Shown here: positions 1 through 8,543 of the stretch, in pieces
Layout of the letters: each line of letters begins with the position of its first letter
How positions within the stretch are numbered: the first letter of the stretch is position 1
Source: Salinivirgaceae bacterium
GTDB taxonomy: Bacteria > Bacteroidota > Bacteroidia > Bacteroidales > SZUA-534
DNA: 64,000 nucleotides
Direction: 5' to 3'
NCBI GenBank assembly: GCA_024405635.1
Contig: JAKSOL010000012.1
Coordinates: 8,813-72,812, forward strand
Program-made: the position numbers and the translations under genes
The notes under the pieces: model-generated
Databases searched by the model: none
Told to the model about the DNA's origin: nothing
The model's input: the letters and a program-made list of their open reading frames with translations, nothing else

Positions 1-449
1 CTGCTCCTTGCTGTAGCCGCGGAAGTCGAGATTGTCAAGACGCAGATACTGCGCCAAGTCGCTGCCGGTAAGTACCAGTGTCTCGCCTCCGCCCAAAAAG
101 AGCGGTGTCACGGCGGAGGTCTTTATGCTCTCAATGGTTATGTCGTTGGACTCCAGCTTGAAGTGCAGCCGCACGGGCAGGTTGCTGGCCGTCAGGTCGT
201 TGACGGTGATGGTTGTCATCAGCCGCGCCGAAGCGGGCGCAGTCAGCTCGCTAAGGTTGAGTGTGTAAGGTGTCAGCAGTGTCGGGGTAACCGTCACCGG
301 ATAGCGCTGTGCCGCAGCCGTCAGGCTCAGCAGAATAGCGGTCAATATGGCTAAGAAACGATTTATTGCAGTTAGGATTTACGAATTATGAATTACGAAT
401 TACGATTTTTCGTTATCGTTAGTGTTTATCGTTTTCAGTTTGCGTTCAT
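1..449 (-). CDS. N-terminus of a TANFOR-like / FN3-type large secreted protein (runs off the window); 5' end interrupted by a 74-nt insert
   Basis: Not in the ORF track. The minus frame is open from 366 to 1: INRFLAILTAILLSLTAAAQRYPVTVTPTLLTPYTLNLSELT...LTGSDLAQYLRLDNLDFRGYSKEQ, i.e. a signal peptide plus a YPVxV..L..PY.L.LS motif like Bacteroidetes TANFOR N-termini. The nearest ATG (449) is out of frame unless 367-440 is removed. Confidence 0.65.
377..432. repeat. Short periodic repeats (ACGAATT/ATGAATT heptamers and CGTTAT-like units)
   Basis: acgaatt atgaatt acgaatt acgattt at 381-408, followed by cgttatcgtt...tttatcgtt. Confidence 0.7.
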
Positions 450-453
450 ATCA

Positions 454-1353
454 TTACTCAATCACTTCATAATCTGGATTATCGGCAAACCATTTACGCA
501 CCATGCGCAAGGCACCTTCGTAATCGTCAGTCTCAATCATTCCAGTCTCCGAAGCCGCATACGGAAATCCTTTGACAACGGGTGCCAGCAGTTCCATTAT
601 GCGATAGCCACAGAGTATTTTCGTATCAACCGTAGGATTGGCAGAAGCGCACTTGCAGCCATCATCTTGCAGAATTTTCACGCAGACATCAATGGCTTGT
701 TTTTGCCGTGTGTAGATAAGTTCTGGAATAATCAAGCGCATCAGGTCTTCAACGTATTCGTATGGAATCGATGCCGCCCGGCGAGTCACAAAGTCAATGT
801 CGCGCTGCTCGCCTAATCGTGCCATGGCCAAATGCATCGCCCACCGCGTTTCCACATCCGACTCTTTGTCAATCATTTGCCGGCTGAGAATCTGTTCGTA
901 ACCAACGCCCAACTGAGCAGCCATTTTAGCCACTTGTTCGTAGTAGATAGCATTCCGTTTGTTGAGACGCTCTTCGATAAGCCGCTGTGCAGCAGTGTCA
1001 ACATCGGTTTTGCCAAAATACCGCAATCGGCTGATATTGTTCGACACTATGCGTGAGCTACCGTTATTGAGCCCGCCAGCCAGAAAACGTACAGCAGCCT
1101 GACGTCCTGCAGCATTGCCAGAATTCCGACCAGCAAGTGCCACAATGTTGTAGGCTTCGTCGGCTACATCGGTCACAGAATCATGCGCATAAGTGTTCAA
1201 TAGTTCGGTCAACGCCACCACATCCGTTGTTTTCCACAGATGTTCAGGTGTTTCCCGCGTCTTGCTGTTTACTCTTATATCATCAAGATATTCAATAACT
1301 TGTGCCGGCGCCATCAGCGGTGTCAGCATCAGAAACAGAAAAAAGAATCTCAT
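454..1353 (-). CDS. Secreted alpha-helical (HEAT-like) hypothetical protein, possibly immunity/accessory protein of the TANFOR locus
   Basis: True start is probably ATG 1353 (MRFFFLFLMLTPLMAPAQ signal peptide); the ORF-track extension to 1578 overlaps the IS. The stop lies 4 nt before the next ATG. Confidence 0.65.
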   Translation of the reverse strand: MRFFFLFLMLTPLMAPAQVIEYLDDIRVNSKTRETPEHLWKTTDVVALTELLNTYAHDSVTDVADEAYNIVALAGRNSGNAAGRQAAVRFLAGGLNNGSSRIVSNNISRLRYFGKTDVDTAAQRLIEERLNKRNAIYYEQVAKMAAQLGVGYEQILSRQMIDKESDVETRWAMHLAMARLGEQRDIDFVTRRAASIPYEYVEDLMRLIIPELIYTRQKQAIDVCVKILQDDGCKCASANPTVDTKILCGYRIMELLAPVVKGFPYAASETGMIETDDYEGALRMVRKWFADNPDYEVIE

Positions 1354-1411
1354 ATATGTTTGTGTTTCAAACCGCCACAAGTTAGCATAAAAGATGATAT
1401 GATTTGTTAGG

Positions 1412-2751
1412 TGTGCCCTTCTCCAAAAACCGGACAGGTTTGAATTAGACAAAAGAACGATAATTTTGTCAAAAGGAGGAAGAAAATGAAAAAGAAGATT
1501 CACAGCGAGTCGGAGATGGTGAGAGCCGTCCAGGAATTGGAAAGAGGCATAAATGCCGAAGTAGTGGCAAGGGACCACGGAGCGTCACGATCCTCCCTCT
1601 ACAATTGGAAATCGAAGTACAGCGGAATGGAAGTCAGCCAAGTAAAGCGACTGAAAGAACTTGAAGAGGAAAACCTGAAACTGTAGCAGATGTATGCCGA
1701 CCTTGCCCTCGACAACCAGATTCTGAAGGAGGTCATCGAAAAAAAAACTCTAGAGCCCGAGATAAAGAAAAACCTAGCCAACGGTATCGTAGAAGAATAT
1801 GGAGTGAGCATCTCTCGGGCGTGCAAGATGATGGACATCCACAGATCTTACTTCTACTACGAAAGCGTAAAGGACGACGCAGAAGTTGAAGAATCCATTA
1901 GAGAAGCCGCCAAATATGGAGATGGCTTTTGGAAGATCTTTGAGATAATCAGACGTGACGGTTACGCTTGGAATCACAAAAAGGTGTATCGCGTATATAA
2001 GGCAATGCACTATGAAAAGCGCAAGCGTCTCAGAAAACATCTGCCAGCTAGGGTTAAGAACCTACTTGAACAACCGCTGAAACCCTTCGTGGCATGGTCT
2101 ATAGACTTTGTGAGCGATGTTCTTGAATGCGGTCGCAAGTTCCGAGTTCTTGACATCCTTGATGATAGCGATAGAGTTGCGGTAGCACAGGAAGTATCAA
2201 TGTCGTTCCCAGCAAAAAGGGTTATCAAAGTGCTTGAGAAGGTGATATGGCTCAATGGCAAGCCAAAGAATATGTGATGCGACAATGGCCCTGAATTCAT
2301 TGCCGGGGAATTCAGCGAATGGTGTGCAGGCAACGACATACGCATATTATACATTCAGCCAGGTTGCCCAACGCAGAATAGCTACATTGAGCGATTCAAC
2401 GGTAGCTATCGGAGGGCTATACTTGACGCATACATTTTTCGCACGCTTGGCGAGGTGCGAGAGAAAACTGAGGAGTGGATGTCATATTACAACAACGAAA
2501 GACCCCATGAATCAATAGGTAACATACCGCCAATGGAACAAAGGACAAATAAGTGGGAATATGAAGATTGATATTCTGACATGCAAAGAAAGATGCGCCT
2601 ACGGGTTGCGCAAGGCCATGCCAAGTGCCCTGCGGGCAGCCTTGCACAACTCTCCGGCTTTGCTAGTTTATGCATATCAGAAATCAATCCAGAGAAAATA
2701 ATTAATATTTGTTGTCTAATTAATAACTGTCCTAAAAAAGGGAAGTTTACA
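1412..2751 (+). mobile_element. IS3-family insertion sequence (degenerate)
   Basis: Imperfect terminal IRs TGTGCCCTTCTCCAAAAACCGGACAG and revcomp TGTAAACTTCCCTTTTTTAGGACAG with TG...CA ends; OrfA HTH and OrfB DDE integrase core inside. No target duplication seen. Confidence 0.85.
1486..2571 (+). pseudogene. IS3-family transposase OrfAB, inactivated
   Basis: One frame from 1486 to 2571 with in-frame TAG (1684-1686) and TGA (2275-2277). Motifs: LYNWKSKY, WNHKKVYRVY, WSIDF, CDNGPEF, PTQNSYIERFNG, YNNERPHESIG. A9 tract at the OrfA/OrfB junction. Confidence 0.9.
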
Positions 2752-2887
2752 ACAAATGGTAGATTTGCCGTTTGTGAGTTTTTTTTGTTTACACTTCGTA
2801 TTGTTAGCCTGATAATTCTTGTGGGTTGGGTTTATAGTTTAAAATAAGCAATCAAATGCTAATCATAAGACCGTTATCCTTAGTTTA

Positions 2888-4516
2888 TTAAAAATCGTAG
2901 TAGATGTTTTGTAATGATGTGCGTAAACCAAAGGTTATTAGATTTTGATTATTAGATTTTGCATTAACCTTTTCAGCACGGTAGGTGTATCCCACAAACG
3001 CATTCATATTTACTCTTGGATTAATTAAAAACGAAGCTTGTGCGTTAAAGTTGGTTAACGTAACTTTTTGACCTTGAGATATTTTGCAGTGATATTCGGA
3101 GGCATGCGTTTCGTATGGTAAGTAAATATTGTTGCCAAAGTTAAGTCCAGCGGTGTCGCGACCATGAATAGCGTGGGTTAGTTTTGCCTCTACAAACAAT
3201 CGTTTATAGTTGTATCGGCCTATGGCAACTAACTCTTTAAAGTTGCTACCTAATGGGTGAGCTAATGGTTGTTGGTAATGCGCGTAATTTTGTATCGTAA
3301 TGGTGTGCGAAAAAATGTAAGGTCGCGCAATATTGTATTCAAGTTGAATGTCGAGGTGCTTAAGCCCAAATAAATCGAACGTTTTGTAGCCCATTTGCAT
3401 GGCCCATTTGTTGCCCCACCAACCCCAAGTTCCACTTGTGTCGCTGCTGTTAAATGCGTGTTTTATGTCGCGACCAAGTTCCTTAACCTTGCACTCGTCA
3501 ATTATGGCTTGTCCGTACAAAATATGGTTTTTGCCTAAAGTTATTTTTCCGCTAATGCCCATAAGTGCATTGTCGCTTGACCCTACAGAAAACTCAACTG
3601 GGCGAGTAAAAATTACAGGGTTAGCATAGTTTATATCAAAGCCGCGGTGGCTAACACTATCGGCGTTTGCCCAAATTATAGACTCAAACAACCCAATGTT
3701 GAGCCAATCGGTTACATTGATGCTTAAATAGTTGAACGAGCCCCATTTTTTATCGTGCGGATGACCATAGAAGTAGTGATTGGTAAGGTCTTGAAACTGA
3801 GCCCAAATGTTAACATATTTTATGCGCCAGTAGTCGGTTGTGATGCGCAAAAATGGGTAGTTGAAGGCGCAGTCGCTCAAAAGCATCGACCTATAACCAT
3901 CGCCAATAAAGTTTTTACCGTGTCCCAATGTGATGTCGAAATGCTCGTTTGGTTGAAATGTTAGATACGCATCGCTTCGTGCATAGTCGTAGGCGTTAGG
4001 TTTGTCCTTAAAACTTTTTGGTTGGCCTTGTCCCGGAATAACTCTACATGCCGAAACTACATTGTATCGATAGTCGAAAAACTGAGCTTGATTTTCGTAA
4101 AACGATGTACTGAAGGCTATTTTGTCGCCTAACCTTGCATTAATAATTATGCCGCGTGTGTTAATCCAACTTTTGTCGTCGGCTTTGGAGTCAAAACCCA
4201 ACTGAAAATCAAATAATGGGTCGATGCTGAAACTCAATTTGTCGTCGCTAGTGAAACTAATCCAACTATTGTTAAGCAGTATGTTTGCAAATTTGCTTTT
4301 AACGTTAATGCGGTAAATTGAATCGGCATCAACCAAAGGAGTTACTTGTCGCAATTGTATTGGCTTAACGCTTGTGTGAAAATGTGCATCTTTTTGGTAT
4401 ATGTATCGGTCAAAGTGATTGAATTGGTGATCTTGATACATTGATATAAACTCTTGGCTTTGAGCCGAAAAGCTGACAAGTAAAAGTATAAGAGCAATTG
4501 ATGTTTTCAGTTTCAT
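2888..4516 (-). CDS. Outer-membrane protein, RemB-like / Wzi-like family
   Basis: Signal peptide, GHGKNFIGDGYRSMLLSD motif, QPLAHPLGSNF, C-terminal aromatic residue (YYDF). Confidence 0.7.
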   Translation of the reverse strand: MKLKTSIALILLLVSFSAQSQEFISMYQDHQFNHFDRYIYQKDAHFHTSVKPIQLRQVTPLVDADSIYRINVKSKFANILLNNSWISFTSDDKLSFSIDPLFDFQLGFDSKADDKSWINTRGIIINARLGDKIAFSTSFYENQAQFFDYRYNVVSACRVIPGQGQPKSFKDKPNAYDYARSDAYLTFQPNEHFDITLGHGKNFIGDGYRSMLLSDCAFNYPFLRITTDYWRIKYVNIWAQFQDLTNHYFYGHPHDKKWGSFNYLSINVTDWLNIGLFESIIWANADSVSHRGFDINYANPVIFTRPVEFSVGSSDNALMGISGKITLGKNHILYGQAIIDECKVKELGRDIKHAFNSSDTSGTWGWWGNKWAMQMGYKTFDLFGLKHLDIQLEYNIARPYIFSHTITIQNYAHYQQPLAHPLGSNFKELVAIGRYNYKRLFVEAKLTHAIHGRDTAGLNFGNNIYLPYETHASEYHCKISQGQKVTLTNFNAQASFLINPRVNMNAFVGYTYRAEKVNAKSNNQNLITFGLRTSLQNIYYDF

Positions 4517-4818
4517 AAACTTTTTGTTTGCGTCAAAAGTACCAATATTAAAAGTTGAATGATGCGCATTTTCATAAAAGGCTGTAAATAAAGGACAAAC
4601 GACAATTCTTGTTGTTGAGTGTTCTGTTTATACTTATTGCGCTATGTGTTTGACTATCGGTAATCTCAAATTGTATAAAGCTGCGTACTTTTTGGCAATA
4701 TAACACTCCCCATATGCACATATAACACTGCTAAAATTCGATTTCGGTTTTGAAATAAAGGAAAATTTATTTGTAACACTTTGATTATAAGGCAGAAATG
4801 ATTTTTATAAAAATATTA

Positions 4819-4849
4819 TTTGGTGTTTATACTTTCCTTTATACATTTG
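4819..4849 (+). promoter_or_regulatory. Bacteroidetes primary-sigma promoter of the ABC/GntR operon
   Basis: TTTG (4819-4822)-N19-TACATTTG (4842-4849) matches the -33/-7 consensus. Confidence 0.7.
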
Positions 4850-4907
4850 CAGTATTATATATAACTATAACACTATAAAACGGGACCGAAAAAAATTATT
4901 ATTTATT

Positions 4908-5675
4908 ATGAAACTACAGAATTTACAATTTGGTTACAGAAAACACGAGGTGTTCAGCAACCTAACAATCAACTTTGAGGCAGGCAAAATATATGGCTTG
5001 CTAGGTAAAAATGGCGAAGGCAAATCAACTATGTTATATCTAATGACTGGTTTGCTAAGAGCCAAAAGCGGAAGCGTTACATTTAAAGGTAAAGACATGA
5101 GCCAAAGGTTGCCATCGGCATTGGAGGATATGTTTCTTGTGCCTGAGGAATTTGAACTTCCACAATGCAGCCTAAAGGAGTTTGTTAAATCGAATGCGGG
5201 TTACTATCCAAACTTCAGTCAAGAGATTTTTGAAAAGTGCCTACAAGGTTTCGAACTCGACATAAACCTCAATCTCAAAAAACTTTCGATGGGCACAAAA
5301 AAGAAAGTTTACGTCTGCTTTGCCCTTGCCACCAATACATCGCTTTTACTTATGGACGAACCAACCAACGGCCTTGATATTCCTTCAAAGAGTCAATTCC
5401 GCCAGGTTATTGCATCGTGCATGACCGACGACAAAACCATTATCATCTCGACCCACCAAGTGCGCGACGTTGAGAACCTTATCGACCAAATAATGGTGCT
5501 AAACAAAAAGGAAATTGTATTTAACCATAGCACCGCCGAGATAAACCAAAAACTTGCATTCAAGAATGGTCAGATAAGCAAAGTAGCGGCAGAGTCGGAC
5601 GAAACGACTATCGACATTGAGGCATTATTCACTGCTATTGTAAACGGTGACGAATTAGTTAAAACAGCTTTTTAA
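4908..5675 (+). CDS. ABC transporter ATP-binding protein (YtrB-like)
   Basis: Walker A GKNGEGKST, signature LSMG, Walker B LLLMDEPT, H-loop STH. Confidence 0.92.
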   Translation: MKLQNLQFGYRKHEVFSNLTINFEAGKIYGLLGKNGEGKSTMLYLMTGLLRAKSGSVTFKGKDMSQRLPSALEDMFLVPEEFELPQCSLKEFVKSNAGYYPNFSQEIFEKCLQGFELDINLNLKKLSMGTKKKVYVCFALATNTSLLLMDEPTNGLDIPSKSQFRQVIASCMTDDKTIIISTHQVRDVENLIDQIMVLNKKEIVFNHSTAEINQKLAFKNGQISKVAAESDETTIDIEALFTAIVNGDELVKTAF

Positions 5676-5687
5676 TTGGTAAATACT

Positions 5688-6533
5688 ATGAATTGGAAAA
5701 AACTTGGATTGTCAATCTATAGAGACTTCCTACAATATCGACAATTGATACTGCTGTCGTTAGCATTTGCCATTGTGGGAGTGATAGTTACGCTGGCCGA
5801 TAATTATTCGCCGTTTATGGAAAATGGTTCAGCCGCAGGCGTGTCATTCGGATTGTTAATGGGCGTTGCTTTTATGCTTGTTTCTCAGTTCTTTACAATA
5901 TTTAAAGACAAGAAATCTACTATACCTTTTATGATGGTTCCTGCATCGAACTTGGTGAAATTTATGTCAAAGGTTATAGTGCTCGCCATTGCTCCTGTAA
6001 TGCTAATATGTATTGCAAAAGCTGTAGAAACTCCTGTGGTTGGTTCTGTCTTTGTTGGGCAAATTGGCGTTGAAAAAACTGCTGAAAACATGGAGCTATT
6101 TCATCCCGAAGAGATAGAATGCACCAACTTCTTTACCAGCGAAACACGCAGCTACCAAAACGATTCGGTTATTGTTATGCGTTACGGGCGATTTAACAAC
6201 GTGGTGGTAAACAAGTATCACAACGACTGGATTCAAGTTGGGATAAACTCCACTGCGTTTGGCGACATAATGTTCTTCATCGGGATTATAGGAATAATGA
6301 TATTCTCGCAGGTTTGTTTTAACGAGAACAAGTGCAAATCGATAGCCTCATTTTTCCTTGGAGTTATATTGGTGTGGGGAATAGTAAAGGGAATAACCAA
6401 AGTATTCTACCATAGCATGAGCGTATCGGTAACCGAAAACTTTATCCTTTTAGCAAGTGTGGCAATGGGACTCATAGGACTTTTCTTCCTATGGCGTGCA
6501 TATAAGATATTCGACAACAAACAAATAAACTAA
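5688..6533 (+). CDS. Membrane protein, probable ABC-2 type permease
   Basis: Multiple TM segments; MVPASNLVKF motif typical of these permeases; operonic with the ATPase. ATG at 5688. Confidence 0.7.
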   Translation: MNWKKLGLSIYRDFLQYRQLILLSLAFAIVGVIVTLADNYSPFMENGSAAGVSFGLLMGVAFMLVSQFFTIFKDKKSTIPFMMVPASNLVKFMSKVIVLAIAPVMLICIAKAVETPVVGSVFVGQIGVEKTAENMELFHPEEIECTNFFTSETRSYQNDSVIVMRYGRFNNVVVNKYHNDWIQVGINSTAFGDIMFFIGIIGIMIFSQVCFNENKCKSIASFFLGVILVWGIVKGITKVFYHSMSVSVTENFILLASVAMGLIGLFFLWRAYKIFDNKQIN

Positions 6534-6539
6534 ACAACT

Positions 6540-7142
6540 ATGAGAAGCGATATATTTAACTTTAAAAGATACTGGGATTATCAGAAACGTGTAATTACAG
6601 AGTATCCATTAACATGGGTAGCATTGGCATTGGGAATTGTAAGTCTGATAGTTGCAACGTTTGTAAAATCTTATGCAGTAGGAAATTTCATGGTTTCATT
6701 TTTTGTCTCTTGCTTAATGATTTTGGGAATGTTTTGGAAACTATGCAAGAAAAACGAATGCCTCATTGAGATGCTGATACCTGCTTCGATGTTTGAAAAA
6801 TATTTGAGCAGAATGGTGTATTACTCATTTTTACCATGTCTGATTTGGGGTGCAAGTATTATGCTAACAAATGAGGGATTAATTGATTCTCACGAGCCAA
6901 TTTTGTTTGTGGCAATAATGTGTTCGAGCGTACTTATTAATGTTGTAACAAAATTCTGGGGTTACTTTTTGTATTGCATGGTGGGTTCTTTTTCAAAATG
7001 GACGGCACCTTATGCAGAAAGCATTCCAAGCAATGGAGTAGAAATGTGGATAACAATGGCGGTGATGATTTTTTTCACTTACGTAGTCGGCTACTTCCTA
7101 TTCAAAAGGCAGTCGTTAACTTTAAAAGATTTGAGAAAATGA
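6540..7142 (+). CDS. Membrane protein, second probable ABC permease
   Basis: Hydrophobic; LIPASMFEKY motif paralogous to the previous gene. Confidence 0.7.
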   Translation: MRSDIFNFKRYWDYQKRVITEYPLTWVALALGIVSLIVATFVKSYAVGNFMVSFFVSCLMILGMFWKLCKKNECLIEMLIPASMFEKYLSRMVYYSFLPCLIWGASIMLTNEGLIDSHEPILFVAIMCSSVLINVVTKFWGYFLYCMVGSFSKWTAPYAESIPSNGVEMWITMAVMIFFTYVVGYFLFKRQSLTLKDLRK

Positions 7143-7498
7143 CATTCAGCAACGACAAACCAATATACCTGCAGATAGTTGACATAATCTGCACGCGAAT
7201 ACTCTCGGGCGAGTACAAGCCCAACGAGCGCATTCCGGCGCTTAGGGAGTTTAGCGCGCAACTGGAGGTGAATATCAACACGGTGATTCGTTCGCTTGAA
7301 TATCTGCAGCAAAACGAAATAATATACAACAAACGTGGATTAGGATTCTTTGTTTCCGACCATGCTTTGGATTCTATAAAGGCCGTTCGCCGCAAAACCT
7401 TCCTTGAAGAAACCATTCCCAATGTGATAAAAGAGATGCAAGTGCTCGGCATCACTTGGGACGAGGTGATGGCAATATCGGCCGATGACGAAAAATAA
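7139..7498 (+). CDS. GntR-family regulator (YtrA subfamily)
   Basis: ATG 7139 overlaps the upstream stop (ATGA). KPIYLQI...ERIPALRE...VNINTV...KRGLGFFV. Confidence 0.9.
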   Translation: MTFSNDKPIYLQIVDIICTRILSGEYKPNERIPALREFSAQLEVNINTVIRSLEYLQQNEIIYNKRGLGFFVSDHALDSIKAVRRKTFLEETIPNVIKEMQVLGITWDEVMAISADDEK

Positions 7499-7509
7499 AC
7501 ATGATAATA

Positions 7510-7544
7510 AATAGGGCTACTCCTTAATTTGGGGTAGCCCTATT
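7510..7544. terminator. Hairpin terminator between convergent operons
   Basis: aatagggctactcc-loop-ggggtagccctatt. Confidence 0.75.
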
Positions 7545-7610
7545 AGTTTGAGGTGAATAGAAAATCCTCTTTTAATCAATAGTCAAACCGAAAAAAATAT
7601 GGCATTCTAT

Positions 7611-8537
7611 TTAAAATGCAAGCAATTGGAAAAGCCTTGAGTGTTGATGAACCAAGGGCCTTAGGTGAGCAAAGAAAATCATACCGTCAACGGGCGATTC
7701 AATAGTTGAACGAGTCTCGCCAGTATAAGGGTCGATGATTTTGCCAAGCAAGTCGCCGCGCTTAACGGTGTCGCCAACATTGCAAGTTGAGTAAAACAAC
7801 CCAGCTTGTTTTGAAGCAACGGTATGTAGCGATTTTTCGCTGAAAACGTGGCTCTTGTATCCTAAATGGCAAGGGTGCTTAATCAATCCCTTAGAGTCAA
7901 GAAAACGCAAAATCGAAATCCATGTCATTTTTGCCAAATTCTTGTCGATGGTGTCGGTTGAACCGCTGTATAGCGAAAAAGCCTTAGTTTCAAACACTTG
8001 CCAGTTATAGTTGAGCACGCAAGTGTCAAACGGCTTTGGGTCATAAACGTAAACGTAAGGCAAACCAAACGAGCAAGCATCGTCAATGTCCTGATAACCA
8101 GTATTCATAACACGCACATGAGGCACAAAGTTGCCATTTAGGTAGTACGATGCCAACTGAATTCCATACTCGTAGTCGCGTACAGCATCAAAAATGGCAG
8201 ATGCAATGCGTTGCGTGGTTTCTCCCTTGTCGTAGCCCGGAAACATTCGGTTTATGTCGGTGTTATCCATGGCCCAAAAGCGTTTCTGAATGTTCATTGA
8301 ATAGTGGTTGGCCGAAGGAATAACTAGTATTCCGTGGCTGTCGGAAATCATTCCAGACTCCTCAAGGTGAATTAGGTTTTTTACAATTTGCGATGCTATG
8401 AAAAGTTGCTGAACCTCGTCGCCGCGGAGCGAGCCCACAATGGCCACTGTTTTTTCGCCGTTGCCAAAATAATATCCTGGAATAGTGAAATCGTCGCGAA
8501 AGGGCGATTTCATTGAGAATAGGCTTATCTGTTTCAT
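7611..8537 (-). CDS. M14 succinylglutamate desuccinylase/aspartoacylase-family paralogue, catalytically degenerate
   Basis: DINRMFPG motif and C-terminal barrel-sandwich domain are present, but it has RGDE in place of HGDE and QLASY in place of DIHS. Confidence 0.8.
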   Translation of the reverse strand: MKQISLFSMKSPFRDDFTIPGYYFGNGEKTVAIVGSLRGDEVQQLFIASQIVKNLIHLEESGMISDSHGILVIPSANHYSMNIQKRFWAMDNTDINRMFPGYDKGETTQRIASAIFDAVRDYEYGIQLASYYLNGNFVPHVRVMNTGYQDIDDACSFGLPYVYVYDPKPFDTCVLNYNWQVFETKAFSLYSGSTDTIDKNLAKMTWISILRFLDSKGLIKHPCHLGYKSHVFSEKSLHTVASKQAGLFYSTCNVGDTVKRGDLLGKIIDPYTGETRSTIESPVDGMIFFAHLRPLVHQHSRLFQLLAF

Positions 8538-8543
8538 TTTTAG

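Noticed and set aside
32-816. Plus-strand ORFs 32-268, 163-354 and 388-816
   Set aside because: Antisense shadows of the minus-strand genes; no recognisable motifs.
1354-1578. N-terminal extension of ORF 454..1578
   Set aside because: Overlaps the IS left end and OrfA; the signal peptide starts at ATG 1353.
1684-2277. Stop-codon reassignment as an explanation for in-frame TAG/TGA in the transposase
   Set aside because: Host genes in the window terminate normally at TAG and TGA, so these are nonsense mutations.
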